The translations under genes were made by a program, and so were the position numbers. DNA of 64,000 nt, from the NCBI GenBank assembly GCA_964639725.1, contig CAZXFB010000001.1, positions 180,400 to 244,399 on the forward strand. Direction: 5' to 3'. Origin of the DNA: an uncultured Rikenellaceae bacterium (GTDB taxonomy: Bacteria > Bacteroidota > Bacteroidia > Bacteroidales > VadinHA17). Below, piece by piece: positions 62,394 to 64,000 of this stretch; the stretch's first letter is position 1, and each line of letters begins with the position of its first letter. A model generated the notes under the pieces. It ran no database searches. It saw nothing but the letters and a program-made list of their open reading frames with translations, and had not been told where the DNA came from.

Positions 62394-62666
62394 TACATGA
62401 TTATTGAATATTATCTACAAAAATATTTGGGAGTGTAAATGAATTGGTAGCTATATTAGGTACCCCAATCGGGTTGGAGCCGGAAATAGAGCTCAAATGC
62501 CAGTTGGTTATCATAACAACAATGGATCTAAAACTGAAAAAATATGTAAACAGCGTGTATGGTGCGGAATATTCAAGGAATATAACAAAACAGTCAGAAG
62601 CAGGAAGACAGAAGTTTTTGTTCCTGCTTCGGTCTTCCAACTTAATGATAAAAACTATCTGGAACA

Positions 62667-63842
62667 ATGAAATACCACCAAAAAGCAATACTTATTTTCC
62701 TGTTCCTCAGCAGTTTTGTCTTAATATTTGTTGGAGTAGCCTGGCTTTCCATTGGTTTGCTTGCAACTGCTTTATTGTATTGGATGACTATCTCAGATAA
62801 AAAAATCATCGCACGATTCAGAAAAATGAAGTTGATATCGTACCCGTTGTATGTTTTAGCTATAATCCTTTTTTCTATCGGAATTCGAATATTTGTTATT
62901 GAGATCTTCGCTATACCTTCTGATTCTATGAAAGACACTCTTGTTTCGGGGGATATAATTTTGATGAACAAGCTTGCCTATGGTCCAAAGATGCCAGGTT
63001 CCCCATTTGAAATTCCATGGGTAAATATTGTTTTTTACCTCAATAAAGAATGCAGGTCAAAAATTGACTCCTTATGGTGGGAGTATAAAAGACTCCATGG
63101 GTTTTCAAAAATAAGACATAGCGAGGTCATTGTTTTTATTTCCCCGAAAAACTCTGAGGAAATATTAATAAAACGTTGTATGGGTTTACCTGGTGATACT
63201 ATACTTATCAGTGATGAGAAAGTTTATGCGAACCATAAAGAAATACCAGAGGAAGGTACTGTAAAGCTTAGATCCCGTATTTTGTTCAATAATTATGCCC
63301 TGGCAAACACACTTTTTGACAGTTCGGGTCTGGAGGAGTATAACAATAAATCCGTTTTGAAGAATTATTTCAGTACAAGTATTAATAATAATCAGAGGCA
63401 GATACTATTAACATATGATTGCATTGATTCCATTGTCATTGAAAAGAACAGACCCGATTCCGCTTATAACACTTTTCCACACAGCAGCCATTTCCGGTGG
63501 CCCATTGATGACTTCGGTCCACTGTTAATACCCGCAAAAGGAATGACAATAAAGCTGAATGAAGAGAATTATGAAATTTATAACGATATCATAAGGCATT
63601 TTGAAATGATGGAAATATCAACATCAGGAGGAGAATATTTTCTTAAAGGTGTTAAAGCGTCAAGCTTTACTTTTAAAAATAATTATTATTTCATGCTTGG
63701 TGATAACCGGCACGATTCAAATGATTCACGTTATTGGGGTTTTGTACCTGAAAATTACATAATCGGTAAAGCTGTTCTGGTAATTCTCTCAAATGGTGAG
63801 GATGGTTTTAGATGGAACAGGTTGTTTAGAATAATCAAATAG
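62667..63842 (+). CDS. Signal peptidase I (LepB family)
   Basis: IPSDSMKDTL..GD, IKRCMGLPGD, GDNRHDSNDSRYWGFVP. Confidence 0.92.
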   Translation: MKYHQKAILIFLFLSSFVLIFVGVAWLSIGLLATALLYWMTISDKKIIARFRKMKLISYPLYVLAIILFSIGIRIFVIEIFAIPSDSMKDTLVSGDIILMNKLAYGPKMPGSPFEIPWVNIVFYLNKECRSKIDSLWWEYKRLHGFSKIRHSEVIVFISPKNSEEILIKRCMGLPGDTILISDEKVYANHKEIPEEGTVKLRSRILFNNYALANTLFDSSGLEEYNNKSVLKNYFSTSINNNQRQILLTYDCIDSIVIEKNRPDSAYNTFPHSSHFRWPIDDFGPLLIPAKGMTIKLNEENYEIYNDIIRHFEMMEISTSGGEYFLKGVKASSFTFKNNYYFMLGDNRHDSNDSRYWGFVPENYIIGKAVLVILSNGEDGFRWNRLFRIIK

Positions 63843-63915
63843 TATTTTTTTAAAATTAAAAGCATATTAGATTTTTACCGGTAGTCTAGATTCTTTTAAC
63901 TAAAAGTAGTACAGT

Positions 63916-64000
63916 ATGATAAAGATCTCATTAACAACTTTTCTTATTTTATTATTAATCTCCTGCAACCCCCTGCCAAAAGATGTCAGGATGGTTCTTA
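63916..64000 (+). CDS. Lipoprotein, truncated by the window end
   Basis: MIKISLTTFLILLLISCNP lipobox; frame is open to the end of the window. Confidence 0.55.
   Translation, partial: MIKISLTTFLILLLISCNPLPKDVRMVL

Noticed and set aside
62444..62800. Fifth peptide precursor
   Set aside because: No TM leader or AxA/Cys core pattern, and it overlaps the signal peptidase gene out of frame

Overview
AT-rich Bacteroidales-type chromosomal window (TAnnTTTG promoters, many lipoproteins) in two parts. About 1-30 kb is a glycan-degradation region: two Ser-type sulfatases, four BNR/Asp-box sialidase-fold proteins, a GH36-like galactosidase, esterases, Tat-exported Gfo/Idh/MocA oxidoreductases, MFS transporters and an unusual nucleotidyltransferase-GHMP kinase fusion. 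About 30-64 kb is an accessory region built from four copies of one cassette: Cys-rich secreted peptide precursor (NVEALA-like leader ending in AxA), 6-bladed beta-propeller lipoprotein, membrane-anchored CxxC thioredoxin-like protein. Upstream of each copy is a stand-alone LytTR gene or remnant with 20-21 bp-periodic direct-repeat boxes. Cassettes 3 and 4 lie with a two-permease RND/TolC exporter, an O-antigen-ligase-like TPR protein and a signal peptidase I. This looks like a diversifying disulfide-peptide secretion/signalling system; its function is inferred, not shown. The window also holds several small repeat-associated elements: a GIY-YIG cassette inside a 131-bp duplication, a four-helix-bundle gene with heptamer repeats, a deleted DUF559 element, a frameshifted IS200, and AATGAC/GNA-hairpin arrays, two of them in frame inside a gene. 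All family calls come from motif recognition, not database searches.
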